Of a stretch of DNA of 64,000 bases, positions 10,776 to 22,321 are shown piece by piece. The notes under the pieces were generated by a model. That model saw only the letters and a program-made list of their open reading frames with translations. It did no database searches and had not been told where the DNA came from. This stretch comes from Buchnera aphidicola (Nurudea yanoniella) (GTDB lineage: Bacteria; Pseudomonadota; Gammaproteobacteria; Enterobacterales; Enterobacteriaceae): assembly GCA_039829995.1 (NCBI GenBank), contig CP140036.1, positions 290,239-354,238 of the forward strand. The letters are read 5' to 3'. Positions within the stretch are counted from its first letter, which is position 1. Every line of letters starts with the position of its first letter. The translations under genes were made by a program, and so were the position numbers.

Positions 10776-12059
10776 GTGAATCGAATAATTCAATCGGTTA
10801 AAGGTATGCACGGCTATACTCCTGAAAAAATTTTAATTTGGCAATATATAGAAAATAGTTTAAAAAAGATATTAAATAATTACAATTATAGAGAAATTCG
10901 TTTTCCTATTATAGAAAAAACAGAATTATTTACATGTGGAATTGGAAATATTACCGATATAGTTGAAAAAGAAATGTATTCTTTTCAAGATAAAAAAAAT
11001 AATAACATTACATTACGCCCAGAAGGTACTATAGGATGTATGCGTATATGTATCGAAAATGGATTATTAAGACACACAGAACAAAAATTATGGTATTTAG
11101 GGCCAATGTTTCGTTATGAAAAACCTCAATTTGGACGGTATCGACAATTTCACCAATTAGGAATAGAATCTTTTGGTCTTTTAGAACCTAGTATTGATTT
11201 TGAAATTATTTTATTAATACAAAGAATTTGGAAAACTTTAAATATTTCTCAATATATTAGTTTAGAGTTAAATACTATTGGTTCAATAAATGATCGCATT
11301 AATTATAAAAAATCATTGTATTCATATTTCAAAAAATATGAATTTTTTTTAGACAATGACTGTAAACGTCGTTTGTATACAAATCCGTTTAGAATTTTAG
11401 ATAGCAAAAATCATGATATGCAAGAGATTATAAATAATGCTCCTGTTCTTATTGATTATATCAGTGATAGTTCTTTAAAACATTTTGAAAAATTATGCAC
11501 ATTTCTTACATCAATAAATATTCCTTATTTAATAAATTATAAATTGGTAAGAGGCTTAGATTATTATAATAATACAGTCTTAGAATGGACAGCCAATACA
11601 TTATTATCAAAAAATACTATTTGTGCAGGAGGAAGATACGATTATTTATCGCAATCTTTAGGAGTTTCCTTTGTTCCTGCTATCGGATGTGCAATAGGGA
11701 TGGAAAGATTAGTGCTATTATTAGAATCTTTAAAAACAATACAATATTCTCAATATTCTATTGATATTTTTGTCATTTTTTCACATAGAAACATTGAATT
11801 AAATGCAATAAAGTTATCAGAGAACATTAGGACAGAATTTCCAAAAAAAAGAATTCAAATTAATTTTTTAAATGGAAATATTAAAAAACAATTTAAAAAA
11901 GCAAATAAATTAGGTGCTCGAATAGTCTTATTATTAGGTACTATAGAAATAAGTAATAAAACAATATTAATGAAAGATTTAAAATTTAATACGCAAAAAA
12001 CGTTTTTAATAATAAATATAATTCAAGAACTCAAATTGTTCTTTAAAAAAAATTATTAA
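10776..12059 (+). CDS. hisS: histidine--tRNA ligase
   Basis: 427 aa with a GTG start preceded by AAAAAGG. Class II motifs LRPEGT, FRYEKPQFGRYRQFHQ and GGRYD are present. Confidence 0.95.
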   Translation: MNRIIQSVKGMHGYTPEKILIWQYIENSLKKILNNYNYREIRFPIIEKTELFTCGIGNITDIVEKEMYSFQDKKNNNITLRPEGTIGCMRICIENGLLRHTEQKLWYLGPMFRYEKPQFGRYRQFHQLGIESFGLLEPSIDFEIILLIQRIWKTLNISQYISLELNTIGSINDRINYKKSLYSYFKKYEFFLDNDCKRRLYTNPFRILDSKNHDMQEIINNAPVLIDYISDSSLKHFEKLCTFLTSINIPYLINYKLVRGLDYYNNTVLEWTANTLLSKNTICAGGRYDYLSQSLGVSFVPAIGCAIGMERLVLLLESLKTIQYSQYSIDIFVIFSHRNIELNAIKLSENIRTEFPKKRIQINFLNGNIKKQFKKANKLGARIVLLLGTIEISNKTILMKDLKFNTQKTFLIINIIQELKLFFKKNY

Positions 12060-12151
12060 AAATTAACGAAAATTTAAAATAAGATTATATCTTATAAATC
12101 TTTTTAAGAGACAACATTAAAATATATAAATATTTCAACAGGACAAAAATT

Positions 12152-13411
12152 ATGCTTAATATTTCTAAAAATATTAAAGAATTTGATTTAGATTTATGGA
12201 AGATCATAAAAAAAGAAGAAAAACGACAAGAAGAACATATTGAATTAATCGCTTCAGAAAATTACGCTAGTTTATGTGTTATGGCGGCGCAAGGTTCTAA
12301 ATTGACCAATAAATATGCAGAAGGCTATCCTGAAAAAAGATATTATGGAGGTTGTGATTATGTAGACATGATAGAAAACTTAGCAATTTCACGTGCAAAG
12401 TCTTTATTTAACGCACATTATGCTAATGTGCAACCTCATTCTGGATCGCAAGCTAATTTTGCCGTATATAACGCGTTACTCAAACCTGGTGATACAATAT
12501 TAGGGATGAATCTTTCTCATGGTGGACATTTAACACATGGTGCATTGGTAAACTTCTCAGGAAAATTATACAAATCTATTTTTTACGGTCTTGATAATAA
12601 TGGAAATATTAATTACAAACAAATGGAAAAATTAGCTAATATTTATAAACCTAAAATGATTGTTGGAGGATTTTCTTCATATTCTGGAATATGTGACTGG
12701 AAACGAATGAGAGAAATTGCAGATACAGTACATGCATATTTTTTAGTCGACATGGCACATATTGCCGGTTTAGTAGCTGTTAATTTATATCCAAATCCTA
12801 TCAAATATGCACATATTGTAACTGCTACTACTCATAAAACTTTATCTGGACCAAGAGGAGGACTAATACTTTCAAATAATGAGAATAGTGAATCTTTTTA
12901 TAAACGAATAGATTCAGCAGTCTTTCCATGTTGTCAAGGTGGACCATTAATGCATATAATTGCAGCTAAAGCAGTAGCATTTAAAGAAGCTATGCATCCT
13001 AGTTTTAAGATATATCAAACTCAAGTATTAAAGAATGCAAAACTTATTTCAGAAGTATTGTCAAATAGAAATTACCAAATAATTTCCGAAACAACATTTA
13101 ATCATTTGTTATTAATAAATTTATCTAATAAAAATTTAACAGGAAAAGAGGTAGAGATAGCTCTTAGCAACGCTAATATCATAGTAAACAAAAATAGCAT
13201 TCCTAATGACACTCAAAGTCCATTAATTACATCAGGAATACGATTAGGAACTCCGGCTATTACTCGGAGAGGATTTAAAGAAAAAGAAGTATTTCATTTA
13301 TCTCATTGGATTTGTGATATATTAGATGACATTAAAAATGTTCAAAATATTTTAAACATAAAAACAAAAGTATTAGAGTTATGTTTAAAATTTCCTGTTT
13401 ATAAATTTTGA
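12152..13411 (+). CDS. glyA: serine hydroxymethyltransferase
   Basis: 419 aa with [13 protein letters not shown] and the PLP-lysine motif [12 protein letters not shown]. Confidence 0.97.
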   Translation: MLNISKNIKEFDLDLWKIIKKEEKRQEEHIELIASENYASLCVMAAQGSKLTNKYAEGYPEKRYYGGCDYVDMIENLAISRAKSLFNAHYANVQPHSGSQANFAVYNALLKPGDTILGMNLSHGGHLTHGALVNFSGKLYKSIFYGLDNNGNINYKQMEKLANIYKPKMIVGGFSSYSGICDWKRMREIADTVHAYFLVDMAHIAGLVAVNLYPNPIKYAHIVTATTHKTLSGPRGGLILSNNENSESFYKRIDSAVFPCCQGGPLMHIIAAKAVAFKEAMHPSFKIYQTQVLKNAKLISEVLSNRNYQIISETTFNHLLLINLSNKNLTGKEVEIALSNANIIVNKNSIPNDTQSPLITSGIRLGTPAITRRGFKEKEVFHLSHWICDILDDIKNVQNILNIKTKVLELCLKFPVYKF

Positions 13412-13428
13412 TGGATATTGCAATATAT

Positions 13429-13453
13429 TATACCATCTTAATGAGGTGGTGTA
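13429..13453. terminator. candidate hairpin between convergent glyA and bioD
   Basis: tatACCATC-ttaatga-GGTGGTgta forms a 9-bp stem including two G-U pairs. A second all-AT hairpin (aatgttttt/aaaaacatt) lies at 13462-13486. There is no clean U-tract. Confidence 0.35.
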
Positions 13454-13513
13454 GTAATTATAATGTTTTTACAAATAAAAAACATTGAATATAATAAATT
13501 TATTGATTAAATT

Positions 13514-14191
13514 TTAATTTTTAATTAATGGAAGTTGAACAGTAATTTTTGAATTATAAAGAGTATCTAAACAATGAGAATATTTTACAATTCCTAAAAA
13601 TTTTGATTTTAAATATTTTTTTAAAATTAAAATGTATTCAGAATTATATTCATTTTCAGGTGTTGTATAATTTGCAATCCAACCTGAAAAAAATAATTTT
13701 GCATCTAAAATGGCTTTTTGCGTTAAAATAGCGTGGTTAATACATCCTAGTTTTATACCAATTACTAAAATAACATTTAATTTTTCTTGTATCACCCAAT
13801 CAGCCAAAGTAATTTTATTTGATAAAGGGGTATTCCATCCTCCAGCTCCTTCTATTAATATGTAATTAGATTTTTTTTTTAAATTATGCAAACCGGATGA
13901 TAATATATTAGTACAAATAGGATTAAAAGATTTTTTATTTTCAATATTCGGACTAATAAATTCAGAAAAAAGAAACGGATTTACTTCTGTATAATTTAAT
14001 TTAACAGTACTAAATCGTTGTAGTAACAGTGCATCATTATTTTTTTTATTACAACTATTATAACCAAAAGCTACAGGTTTATATCCTGCTGTATGATATC
14101 CAAGATTTTTCGCTAACATTAATAATAAAATACTACATGTTGTTTTACCTACGTTTGTGTCAGTACCAGTTACAAACCAAAAATTTTTCAT
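13514..14191 (-). CDS. bioD: dethiobiotin synthetase
   Basis: The ORF-track start at 14206 is a TTG. The ATG at 14191 gives MKNFWFVTGTDTNVGKT, matching E. coli MSKRYFVTGTDTEVGKT. Confidence 0.92.
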   Translation of the reverse strand: MKNFWFVTGTDTNVGKTTCSILLLMLAKNLGYHTAGYKPVAFGYNSCNKKNNDALLLQRFSTVKLNYTEVNPFLFSEFISPNIENKKSFNPICTNILSSGLHNLKKKSNYILIEGAGGWNTPLSNKITLADWVIQEKLNVILVIGIKLGCINHAILTQKAILDAKLFFSGWIANYTTPENEYNSEYILILKKYLKSKFLGIVKYSHCLDTLYNSKITVQLPLIKN

Positions 14192-15030
14192 GAATATATT
14201 TTCCAAAAATTTTATGTAAAATTTTAAAGTACTTTTTAATTTTTTATAAAAATAAATTTTAATAATTATATACTTAAGTTTTTCCTTTTTTCAATTATAT
14301 AGCATGTTAATTAAGTCAGTATCTATTTGTATTAAAAATTTTATTCTTGGCAGATGTAAAGATTTTATTGATGTAATTTAATAAAACATATTTCATTATT
14401 CATATTATTAATAAAATTTTTAAAACAATAAAAATATATAATCATTTGTGACTAGAATAATAACTCAAAATAACACAAAAACATATCTTATTACTTATTT
14501 TAATTTATTAAAAATATTGTTAATGTTATATATTTTTAGCAATTATTACGAGAATTTTTAGAGATAAATTTATTTTTTTAAAATATAAAATATAAAAAAC
14601 TATAAATATATTTAATATACAATTAAAATTGTATATATTATTTATATATAAATTTTTTAAATAATTATTTTTAAAAATATGCTATGTTTAAACATCTATA
14701 CTTATAATAAAATGTACATTTTTTAAATTTTTTATAATATTAAGTGATTTTAAAAATTATTAAAAAATATTTATATTTTTATAATTCAATAATAATTTTC
14801 ATTGAATATTTTAAAACCACCGTTTTATTATAATATATTATATAGAAATTAGTTTATATTAATTTTTATGTACATTATTTTCTTAAAATTCTTTTCCTTT
14901 CAACAATTTTACTAAAATAGTTTTTAATAGTTAAATTACTTTTTCATAAAAAATTTTTTATTTTTTAGAATAAAAATATTTTTTTGTTTAATTCTAAATT
15001 TATTAATATAACAAACAATTTTTTAAATGA

Positions 15031-16062
15031 TTATGTTTTTGCTTCATAAAAATTTTTTATTTTTTTAATTGTGTTTTTTTTTAAAATATTTTTTGAATTT
15101 TTATCGTTTTTTGAATTAATATAATTATATTTTAAATTCAATCCTAACTTTTTAAAAAGATTTAAATCATTTTCTTTTTTTGGATTAGCAGTAGTTAATA
15201 ACTTAGATCCGTAAAATATAGAATTAGCACCTGCTATAAAACACATTGCTTGAGTTTGTTCATTCATATTTTCTCGACCAGCTGACAAACGTATATAAGA
15301 TGTAGGCATCATAATTCTTGTTATAGCAATAACTCTAATAAAATCAAATATATCTACAGATTTATTATTTTCCATAGGTGTTCCTTTAGTTTTTACCAGC
15401 ATATTCATAGGTATACTTTCTGGAACTTGCGATAAATTAGATAATTGTATTAAAAGGTCTATTCTATCTTTAACTGTTTCTCCTAATCCTATTATTCCTC
15501 CTGAACATACTTTTATACCAGATTCTCTGATTATATTTAATGTATCTAATCTTTCTTTGTAACTTCGTGTTGTTACAATACTTTTGTAAAAGTTTTCTGA
15601 AGTATCTAAATTATGGTTATAAAAATCTAATCCTGCTGTTGCTAATCTTTTTGCTTGATGTTTTTGTATAGTTCCTAAGGTCATACATGTTTCCATTCCC
15701 ATTTTTTTTATTTCTTCAATGATTTGTTCTAAATATGGCATATCTCTATCTTTTGGATTTTTCCAAGCTGCTCCCATACAAAATCGCTCAGATCCCATTT
15801 TTTTAGCCTCTTTTGCAGATTTTAATATTTTTTCTATTTTAAGTAATTTTTTTATTTTTATGTTTGTTTTATATTTAGAACTTTGAGGGCAATATTTACA
15901 ATCTTCTGGACATAAACCTGTTTTTATCGATAATAAAGTACTTATTTGAATTTTATTTGGATCAAAGTTTTTCCTATGAACAGTTTGAGCAGAAAATAAA
16001 ACATCAAAAAAAGGTGAATCAAATAAAAATTTGACTTGTTTAAAATCCCATTGTTTTTTCAT
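15031..16062 (-). CDS. bioB: biotin synthase
   Basis: 343 aa with [21 protein letters not shown] (radical-SAM CxxxCxxC). Collinear with E. coli BioB. Confidence 0.97.
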   Translation of the reverse strand: MKKQWDFKQVKFLFDSPFFDVLFSAQTVHRKNFDPNKIQISTLLSIKTGLCPEDCKYCPQSSKYKTNIKIKKLLKIEKILKSAKEAKKMGSERFCMGAAWKNPKDRDMPYLEQIIEEIKKMGMETCMTLGTIQKHQAKRLATAGLDFYNHNLDTSENFYKSIVTTRSYKERLDTLNIIRESGIKVCSGGIIGLGETVKDRIDLLIQLSNLSQVPESIPMNMLVKTKGTPMENNKSVDIFDFIRVIAITRIMMPTSYIRLSAGRENMNEQTQAMCFIAGANSIFYGSKLLTTANPKKENDLNLFKKLGLNLKYNYINSKNDKNSKNILKKNTIKKIKNFYEAKT

Positions 16063-16136
16063 TTTTGTTCCAAAAGATATTTATTTAGTAAAATATAGGT
16101 TTATAATTATAACTCAATCTTTTTTTAACATATATT

Positions 16137-17429
16137 ATGAATAAATTTAATTTAAAATTTGATCAACAACATATTTGGCATCCCTACAGTTCAATGATTA
16201 ATCCTTTGCCTTGTTATTTAATAGAATCCGCCAAAGGGGTTTTTTTAAAATTACATAATGGTCGTAAATTAATTGATGGTATGTCTTCATGGTGGGCTGC
16301 TATTCATGGATATAATCACCCGCAATTAAATCGTGCCTTAAAATTGCAAATTAATCGAATGTCTCATATTATGTTTGGAGGAATAACTCACTATCCGGCT
16401 ATTTCATTATGTCGAAAACTTATAAAAATTACACCAAAAAAATTAAAATGCATTTTTCTTTCAGATTCAGGTTCTGTAGCTATTGAAGTAGCAATAAAAA
16501 TGGTATTGCAATATTGGAAATCATTAGGTAAAAATAAGATTACCTTTTTAACTATTAAAAATGGATACCACGGTGATACATTTTCTGCACTTTCTGTATC
16601 TGATCCGATTAATTCTTTTCATATTTTATATGAAAGTTTTTTACCAGTGAACTTATTTTCTGATGCTCCTAAATGTTCATTTTATAGTAAATGGAACAAA
16701 CAGGATATATATTCATTTCATAAATTAATAGAAAAATATGCAGATATTATTGCTGGCGTGATTTTAGAACCTATCGTACAAAGTATTGGAGGTATGAATT
16801 TCTACCATCCTAATTTTTTAAAAAAAGTAAGATCGTTATGCAATATATTTAATATTCCATTAATATTAGATGAAATCGCTACAGGATTTGGAAGAACTGG
16901 AAAATTTTTTGCATTTGAATATGCAAATATTGTTCCAGACATTTTATGTATTGGAAAAGCTATAACAGGAGGTACTATAACTTTATCTGCTACATTAACT
17001 ACAAAAAAAATTGCGAATATTATTAGCAATAATAATATATCAAAGTCTTTCATGCATGGACCTACTTTTATGGCTAACCCCCTCGCATGTGCAGTAGCAA
17101 ATAAAAATATAGAAATACTACAAAAGAATATATGGAAAAAACAAGTAAAAAATATAGAAAATTGTCTTCGTTTAAATTTATTTCCATTGTTAACGCATCC
17201 TGAAGTGAAAGATGTTCGAGTGTTAGGTGCTATTGGTGTAGTAGAATGTATGCATACTTTAAAAATTAAAAGTATACAGAAATTTTTTGTAAAACATGGA
17301 GTTTGGATTAGACCTTTTAATAAGATAATATATCTTATTCCTTCTTATATTATTGATGAAGAATCTTTAAGAAAACTTATATATGTTATTTCAATTGCAT
17401 TGGACGAAAAAAAATTTTTTATGAAATAA
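16137..17429 (+). CDS. bioA: adenosylmethionine-8-amino-7-oxononanoate aminotransferase
   Basis: 430 aa. FDQQHIWHPYSSM aligns with E. coli FDQRHIWHPYTSM. DEIATGFGRTGK is present. It is divergent from bioB, as in E. coli. Confidence 0.96.
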   Translation: MNKFNLKFDQQHIWHPYSSMINPLPCYLIESAKGVFLKLHNGRKLIDGMSSWWAAIHGYNHPQLNRALKLQINRMSHIMFGGITHYPAISLCRKLIKITPKKLKCIFLSDSGSVAIEVAIKMVLQYWKSLGKNKITFLTIKNGYHGDTFSALSVSDPINSFHILYESFLPVNLFSDAPKCSFYSKWNKQDIYSFHKLIEKYADIIAGVILEPIVQSIGGMNFYHPNFLKKVRSLCNIFNIPLILDEIATGFGRTGKFFAFEYANIVPDILCIGKAITGGTITLSATLTTKKIANIISNNNISKSFMHGPTFMANPLACAVANKNIEILQKNIWKKQVKNIENCLRLNLFPLLTHPEVKDVRVLGAIGVVECMHTLKIKSIQKFFVKHGVWIRPFNKIIYLIPSYIIDEESLRKLIYVISIALDEKKFFMK

Positions 17430-17476
17430 ATTTTGAGTGATCAATGATACTGATAATATATTTCATTTTATTGCAA

Positions 17477-18472
17477 TTATATCGAACGAATCGATATCCA
17501 TACAGGTCTGTTTCCAGTTGGATATCTATTTTTAAATTTTAAAAATCCAGTGGTATTATCTAAGGAATATATACTCATTTTATTTGATTTTTCTCCAATA
17601 GAAATCAAACATTTTCCTGTTTGATCAATTCCAAAAGATCTAGGTTGTATTTCCGTTAAAACATATTTTATAACTTTTATATCAGTAATGTTTTTAGAAT
17701 TTTTTATAATTGCAATATGATTACTATTTCTATCAGATGCATATAAATATTTTTCACATGGCGAAATATGTATATCTGAAGACCATGCAGGATTAACTTT
17801 GGAATTAGGTATAATATTTATGTTTTTTAATAAATTTATATTTTTGCATAATTTATCGATATTCCAAATACTTACAGTTCCATTTAATTCATTCACACTA
17901 AATAAACGATTAAGACTGCTTTGAAAAAGCATATGTCTTGGTCCAGAATTGTTTTCTAGAGGTATAAATGTTTTCTTATTTCTTAATAATATACCTTCAT
18001 CAGTAAAATTATATAAATAAATTCGATTTCCTCGAAGAGATGATACAAATAAATAGATATTATTATCATGCATTTGTGATGCATGACACCCATTTATTTT
18101 ATATATAGTTTGTATGGAAGGTTGAGGAATTCCAAACGAATTTATTGGAGAAACACTAATACAATTAAAATGATACGAGCTAGAAAACAAGTAATTTTCG
18201 TTTTTATCTAATTCAAAGTGGTTAATATTATGTAAAATATTTGTTTTTCCAATTTCTATCAAAGTTCCATCTATATCAATTTTATATGAACAAATATGAA
18301 ATTTAGGACGAATTCCTACATACAAACAATTTTTACTGTTAGAAATAATAATAGATTGAGGTTCTCCATCTGTTTTTAAAATTTGGATTAAATTGAGAGA
18401 TAAATTGGAATTTAATTTCCATACTTCAATTTGTTGGCTGTTTGCACTAGAAATATAGACTGTTTGATTCAT
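17477..18472 (-). CDS. pgl: 6-phosphogluconolactonase
   Basis: 331 aa. MNQTVYISSANSQQIEVWKLN aligns with E. coli Pgl [21 protein letters not shown]. Confidence 0.9.
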   Translation of the reverse strand: MNQTVYISSANSQQIEVWKLNSNLSLNLIQILKTDGEPQSIIISNSKNCLYVGIRPKFHICSYKIDIDGTLIEIGKTNILHNINHFELDKNENYLFSSSYHFNCISVSPINSFGIPQPSIQTIYKINGCHASQMHDNNIYLFVSSLRGNRIYLYNFTDEGILLRNKKTFIPLENNSGPRHMLFQSSLNRLFSVNELNGTVSIWNIDKLCKNINLLKNINIIPNSKVNPAWSSDIHISPCEKYLYASDRNSNHIAIIKNSKNITDIKVIKYVLTEIQPRSFGIDQTGKCLISIGEKSNKMSIYSLDNTTGFLKFKNRYPTGNRPVWISIRSI

Positions 18473-19124
18473 AATATTTTATTATTCCTAATTTAAAAAA
18501 ATAATAGTATTTATTTTTTTGAGCATAAATTTATTGAAATATTAAAAAACAAATTTAAACAATTTTTTATAATACTTATATGAATATGTTAAAAGCGTTT
18601 ATGCAAATCTTTATAAAAAGTGTTTAAATATTCAAAAAACGAATTATTTTAATTTAATTTAATATATAAGTGAAATATTAATTTTATAATATTAAAACTA
18701 TTTAAAATAATAAAAATATTTTAAACAAATTTCATTCAAGATATATTTATTTTCGCATAAAATATTAAATATAATTTAATAATACACACATTTTTTTTGA
18801 ATTTTTGTTATAGTATTTTTTAACGTTTTATATAATCTTGAAAATAAATTTGTAAATTTATTTTTTATATTTAAAATTTATTATAAGTTAACTTTTATCA
18901 AAAAATATTTTAACATTATTTATTATCAAATTGTATTTTGATATTTAATATATTTTTTAAATAAAAGTTTATCATTATAAATAGGTAAAAATGTATTTAT
19001 AGTTTTTAAGTATAAAAGAATAAAATATGTAATTTAATTTTAGTTATATTACATCATAATTTATCAAAGTTAATAATAAAAATATTTACTTTTTCATAAA
19101 TAAAGCTTTATAAAAAATACATAT

Positions 19125-20327
19125 ATGAATTTATTTATTTCATTTTTCATAGGTTCTCGCTATCTTTTTAGTTTTTCTAAAAAAATTTTTAATAAATTTA
19201 CTGGAATATTATCTATTGTTATTATGTCATTTGGAATATCTTCTGTTATTACTGTTCTTTCTATCATGAATGGTTTTGAAAATGAACTACAAAATAATAT
19301 TTTAAAGTTCGTACCTCATATCTTGATCAGTAATTCTAAAGGAAGTATGAACATGTTTGATATAGACAAAAGTAATATTGTTTCGCATGATGTCATAAAT
19401 ATTTCAGACGTGATTTTTCGTGATGTAATCGTTCAAAGTAATTTTGCAATGTCTATTGGTTTAGTAACATCTATAAACAAAAAATACAATGAATTCACAC
19501 CTTATTTAAAGAATAAAAATAGTTTAAATTATTTAAAAACGGGCTATTATAATGCAATAATTGGAAAAAGATTAGCGAACCAATTAAATATTAATATAGG
19601 TGATACATTGAGATTAATTACAAAAAATACGAATGCATTTTCATTTTTTAAAAGTATACTCAATAATCACAAATTTACATTGATCGATACTTTCTCCACT
19701 AATAATAATGTTGACAACTATCAGATACTAGTCAATCAGGAAGATTTATCGCAATTTTTACAATATCCAAAAAATCACATTACAGGGCTGCGAATCTGGT
19801 TAAAAGATCCATTACATGTCACAAATTTTTTAAAAAACTTTCATGTTCTTAATTGCTTAAAAATAGAAAACTGGAAAGATAGTCAGGGCGAGATATTACA
19901 AGCTGCGAAAATAGAAAAATATATGATGACACTATTATTTAGTTTAATTATTCTAATTTCTATTTTCAGTTTAATGGTATTTGTTAGTTTATTTATTATA
20001 GAAAAAGAAAGAGATATTGCTATATTTCAAACGTTAGGTTTATCTAAATGGAATATTATGTTAATTTTTATCTATCAAGGATTATTGAGTGGAATTTTAA
20101 GCATATTATTAGGTATGTTATTCAGTTTTTTTATGATGAATGAAACTTTCGGTATTGTTTCAATTCTAAAAAAATTTTATACAGATTTTTATCTTCCTTA
20201 TTCTATTGTTCCTTATCAAATTATAATCATTAACTTTATATTTATAACATGCATTTTTTTATCAATTATTTATCCTTCTTGGAAAATAACTCAATTATAT
20301 CCATCACAAAGGTTAGCATATGAATAG
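19125..20327 (+). CDS. lolC: lipoprotein-releasing system permease LolC
   Basis: 400 aa of the FtsX/MacB type (N-terminal TM, periplasmic domain, 3 C-terminal TMs). The FIGSRYL N-terminus resembles E. coli LolC. The stop overlaps the lolD start (ATGAATAG). Confidence 0.9.
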   Translation: MNLFISFFIGSRYLFSFSKKIFNKFTGILSIVIMSFGISSVITVLSIMNGFENELQNNILKFVPHILISNSKGSMNMFDIDKSNIVSHDVINISDVIFRDVIVQSNFAMSIGLVTSINKKYNEFTPYLKNKNSLNYLKTGYYNAIIGKRLANQLNINIGDTLRLITKNTNAFSFFKSILNNHKFTLIDTFSTNNNVDNYQILVNQEDLSQFLQYPKNHITGLRIWLKDPLHVTNFLKNFHVLNCLKIENWKDSQGEILQAAKIEKYMMTLLFSLIILISIFSLMVFVSLFIIEKERDIAIFQTLGLSKWNIMLIFIYQGLLSGILSILLGMLFSFFMMNETFGIVSILKKFYTDFYLPYSIVPYQIIIINFIFITCIFLSIIYPSWKITQLYPSQRLAYE

Positions 20328-20997
20328 TTTGTATTTGTTGAAGTGCAATTCTATATACAAATCTTATTTACAAAAAACTATCTTAAAGAATATTTCTTTA
20401 AAATTAAAGGCAGGAAATATGATGTCTATCACTGGTTCTTCTGGATCAGGTAAAAGTACTTTATTACATATTATAGGTGGATTAGATGTGCCTGATTCAG
20501 GACAAGTTTTTTTTTTAGGGCAAAATATTCATAACATTTCTAATAAAAAACAATCTGCTTTAAGAAATCATCATTTAGGTTTTGTATACCAACTTCATCA
20601 TTTACTTCCAGATTTTGATGTTATTGAAAATGTAGCTTTGCCTTTATTAATTCAAAAAAAAAATAGAATAAAAGCATTTGAACAAGCGTATAATGTTTTA
20701 AAAGAACTCAAAATAGAAGAGAAAGCAAAACAGTTCCCTTCAGAATTGTCAGGTGGAGAACGTCAAAGAGTAGCTATAGCCAGAGCATTAGTAACAAAAC
20801 CCAGTTTAATTATAGCTGATGAACCTACTGGTCATTTAGATAAAAAAAATTCTAAAAATTTTTTAGATTTATTATTTAAATTTAATTACGAATATAATAT
20901 TGCCGTATTAATAGTTACACATGATGTTTTCTTATTTAAAAATATACCATTAAAAATGGAATTAAAGTCTGGGAAATTATATAAAATAAACGCTTAA
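20320..20997 (+). CDS. lolD: lipoprotein-releasing system ATP-binding protein LolD
   Basis: Walker A GSSGSGKST, signature LSGGERQR and Walker B LIIADEPTG. It lies between lolC and lolE. Confidence 0.94.
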   Translation: MNSLYLLKCNSIYKSYLQKTILKNISLKLKAGNMMSITGSSGSGKSTLLHIIGGLDVPDSGQVFFLGQNIHNISNKKQSALRNHHLGFVYQLHHLLPDFDVIENVALPLLIQKKNRIKAFEQAYNVLKELKIEEKAKQFPSELSGGERQRVAIARALVTKPSLIIADEPTGHLDKKNSKNFLDLLFKFNYEYNIAVLIVTHDVFLFKNIPLKMELKSGKLYKINA

Positions 20998-21012
20998 AAA
21001 GGAAATTATACG

Positions 21013-22251
21013 GTGATTTATTTGTCTTTTTTAATATCTAAAAAATTTAATACTAAATATAAAAAAGATAGTATCATTCCTATGATATCTTTTTTTTCTA
21101 AAATTGGTGTGTTTTTAGGAACATGCATATTAATTGTTAGTTGTAGCGCTTTAAATGGATTTCAGTTTGAATTAAATAATAGAATTTTATCAGTGCTACC
21201 TCATGGCGAAATTATACCTATAAATCAACCATTTAAAAATTGGAAGAAAATAAAAAATTTATTGCAGTCATTCACTAATGTTACGTTTGTAATGCCATAT
21301 GTAAGTACTACAGCGTTAATTGATCATCCACAAGGAATAAAGGGAATTCAATTAAGAGGATTGGATTTTTCTGATATATACGCTTTTAAAAAACTGAAAA
21401 AGTTTATTAATATAAAAATATTACACCAAATGAATGAAAATAAAAATCAAATAATATTAGGTAACGGTATTGCAAAATCTCTATCTATAAAAATAGGGGA
21501 TCAGATAAACATTTTTGCTTGTAAAAATTATAATTCTTTAACTTTACAATATAAATATATTAATTTAAAAGTAATAAGTATTTTTAAAATAGATGGAAAC
21601 ATCGATAATACGCTAGCTTTAGTTTCTATGAAGAATTTACAGAAATGTTTCGGGATGAAATCTGCTATTTCAGGATTAGAGATTTTTGTAAAAAATCCAC
21701 TCAATGACACTGAAATTTTTAAAACTATTCACAGTAAATTACCTAATACTTATATTGTGAAAAATTGGATAACTGAATATGATTATATATATCATGATAT
21801 TAAATTAATAAAAACTATAATTTATTTCACTATGACATTAATTTTTATTAGTTCATGTTTAAGTATATCATCAATAAATTTTTTAGAAATATCAAAAAAA
21901 ACTAATAGTTTTGCAATATTTAAAACATTAGGAATGAATAATCGCACAATTATGATAATATTTTTAATACATGGTATTAAATCTATATTAAAAATTGGAT
22001 TTTTATCACTGTTTCTAAGTACAATATTACTATTAAACATTAAAAATTGCATATATTATATAGAAAAATTTTTTGGTAAAAAGTTATTATCTAGTATTGT
22101 ATATTTTATTGATTTTATTCCTATTTTTCTTTCTTTTGTTGATGTCATTTCAATATTTTGCATTTTATTTTTAATAGGATTTGTAACTAGTTATTTCCCT
22201 GCTTATTACATAAAAAGCATTGAACCTGCAAAAATTTTAAAAAAGTATTAA
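21013..22251 (+). CDS. lolE: lipoprotein-releasing system permease LolE
   Basis: 412 aa with the same architecture as LolC. GTG start with AAGGAA 8 nt upstream. Confidence 0.9.
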   Translation: MIYLSFLISKKFNTKYKKDSIIPMISFFSKIGVFLGTCILIVSCSALNGFQFELNNRILSVLPHGEIIPINQPFKNWKKIKNLLQSFTNVTFVMPYVSTTALIDHPQGIKGIQLRGLDFSDIYAFKKLKKFINIKILHQMNENKNQIILGNGIAKSLSIKIGDQINIFACKNYNSLTLQYKYINLKVISIFKIDGNIDNTLALVSMKNLQKCFGMKSAISGLEIFVKNPLNDTEIFKTIHSKLPNTYIVKNWITEYDYIYHDIKLIKTIIYFTMTLIFISSCLSISSINFLEISKKTNSFAIFKTLGMNNRTIMIIFLIHGIKSILKIGFLSLFLSTILLLNIKNCIYYIEKFFGKKLLSSIVYFIDFIPIFLSFVDVISIFCILFLIGFVTSYFPAYYIKSIEPAKILKKY

Positions 22252-22321
22252 AAATATAGCTAAACATAAATAATATTATTTCTAGTAATATTGAACTTCT
22301 AAAAAACTATTAAGGTAAATA

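Noticed and set aside
14615-14636. Short AT-rich palindromes at 14615-14636, 18841-18864, 24326-24341, 4492-4507 (TATCGTTTAAACGATA upstream of yedA), 5769-5788 and 63427-63441.
   Set aside because: Their arms are 7-11 bp, mostly A/T only. My rough estimate is that several to tens of such palindromes are expected by chance in 64 kb of DNA this AT-rich.
18567-18594. TATGTTAAA core resembling the right arm of the E. coli dif site. I looked for it because this part of the map may be near the replication terminus.
   Set aside because: Only 9 of 28 positions match convincingly, and the left arm and central hexamer do not align.
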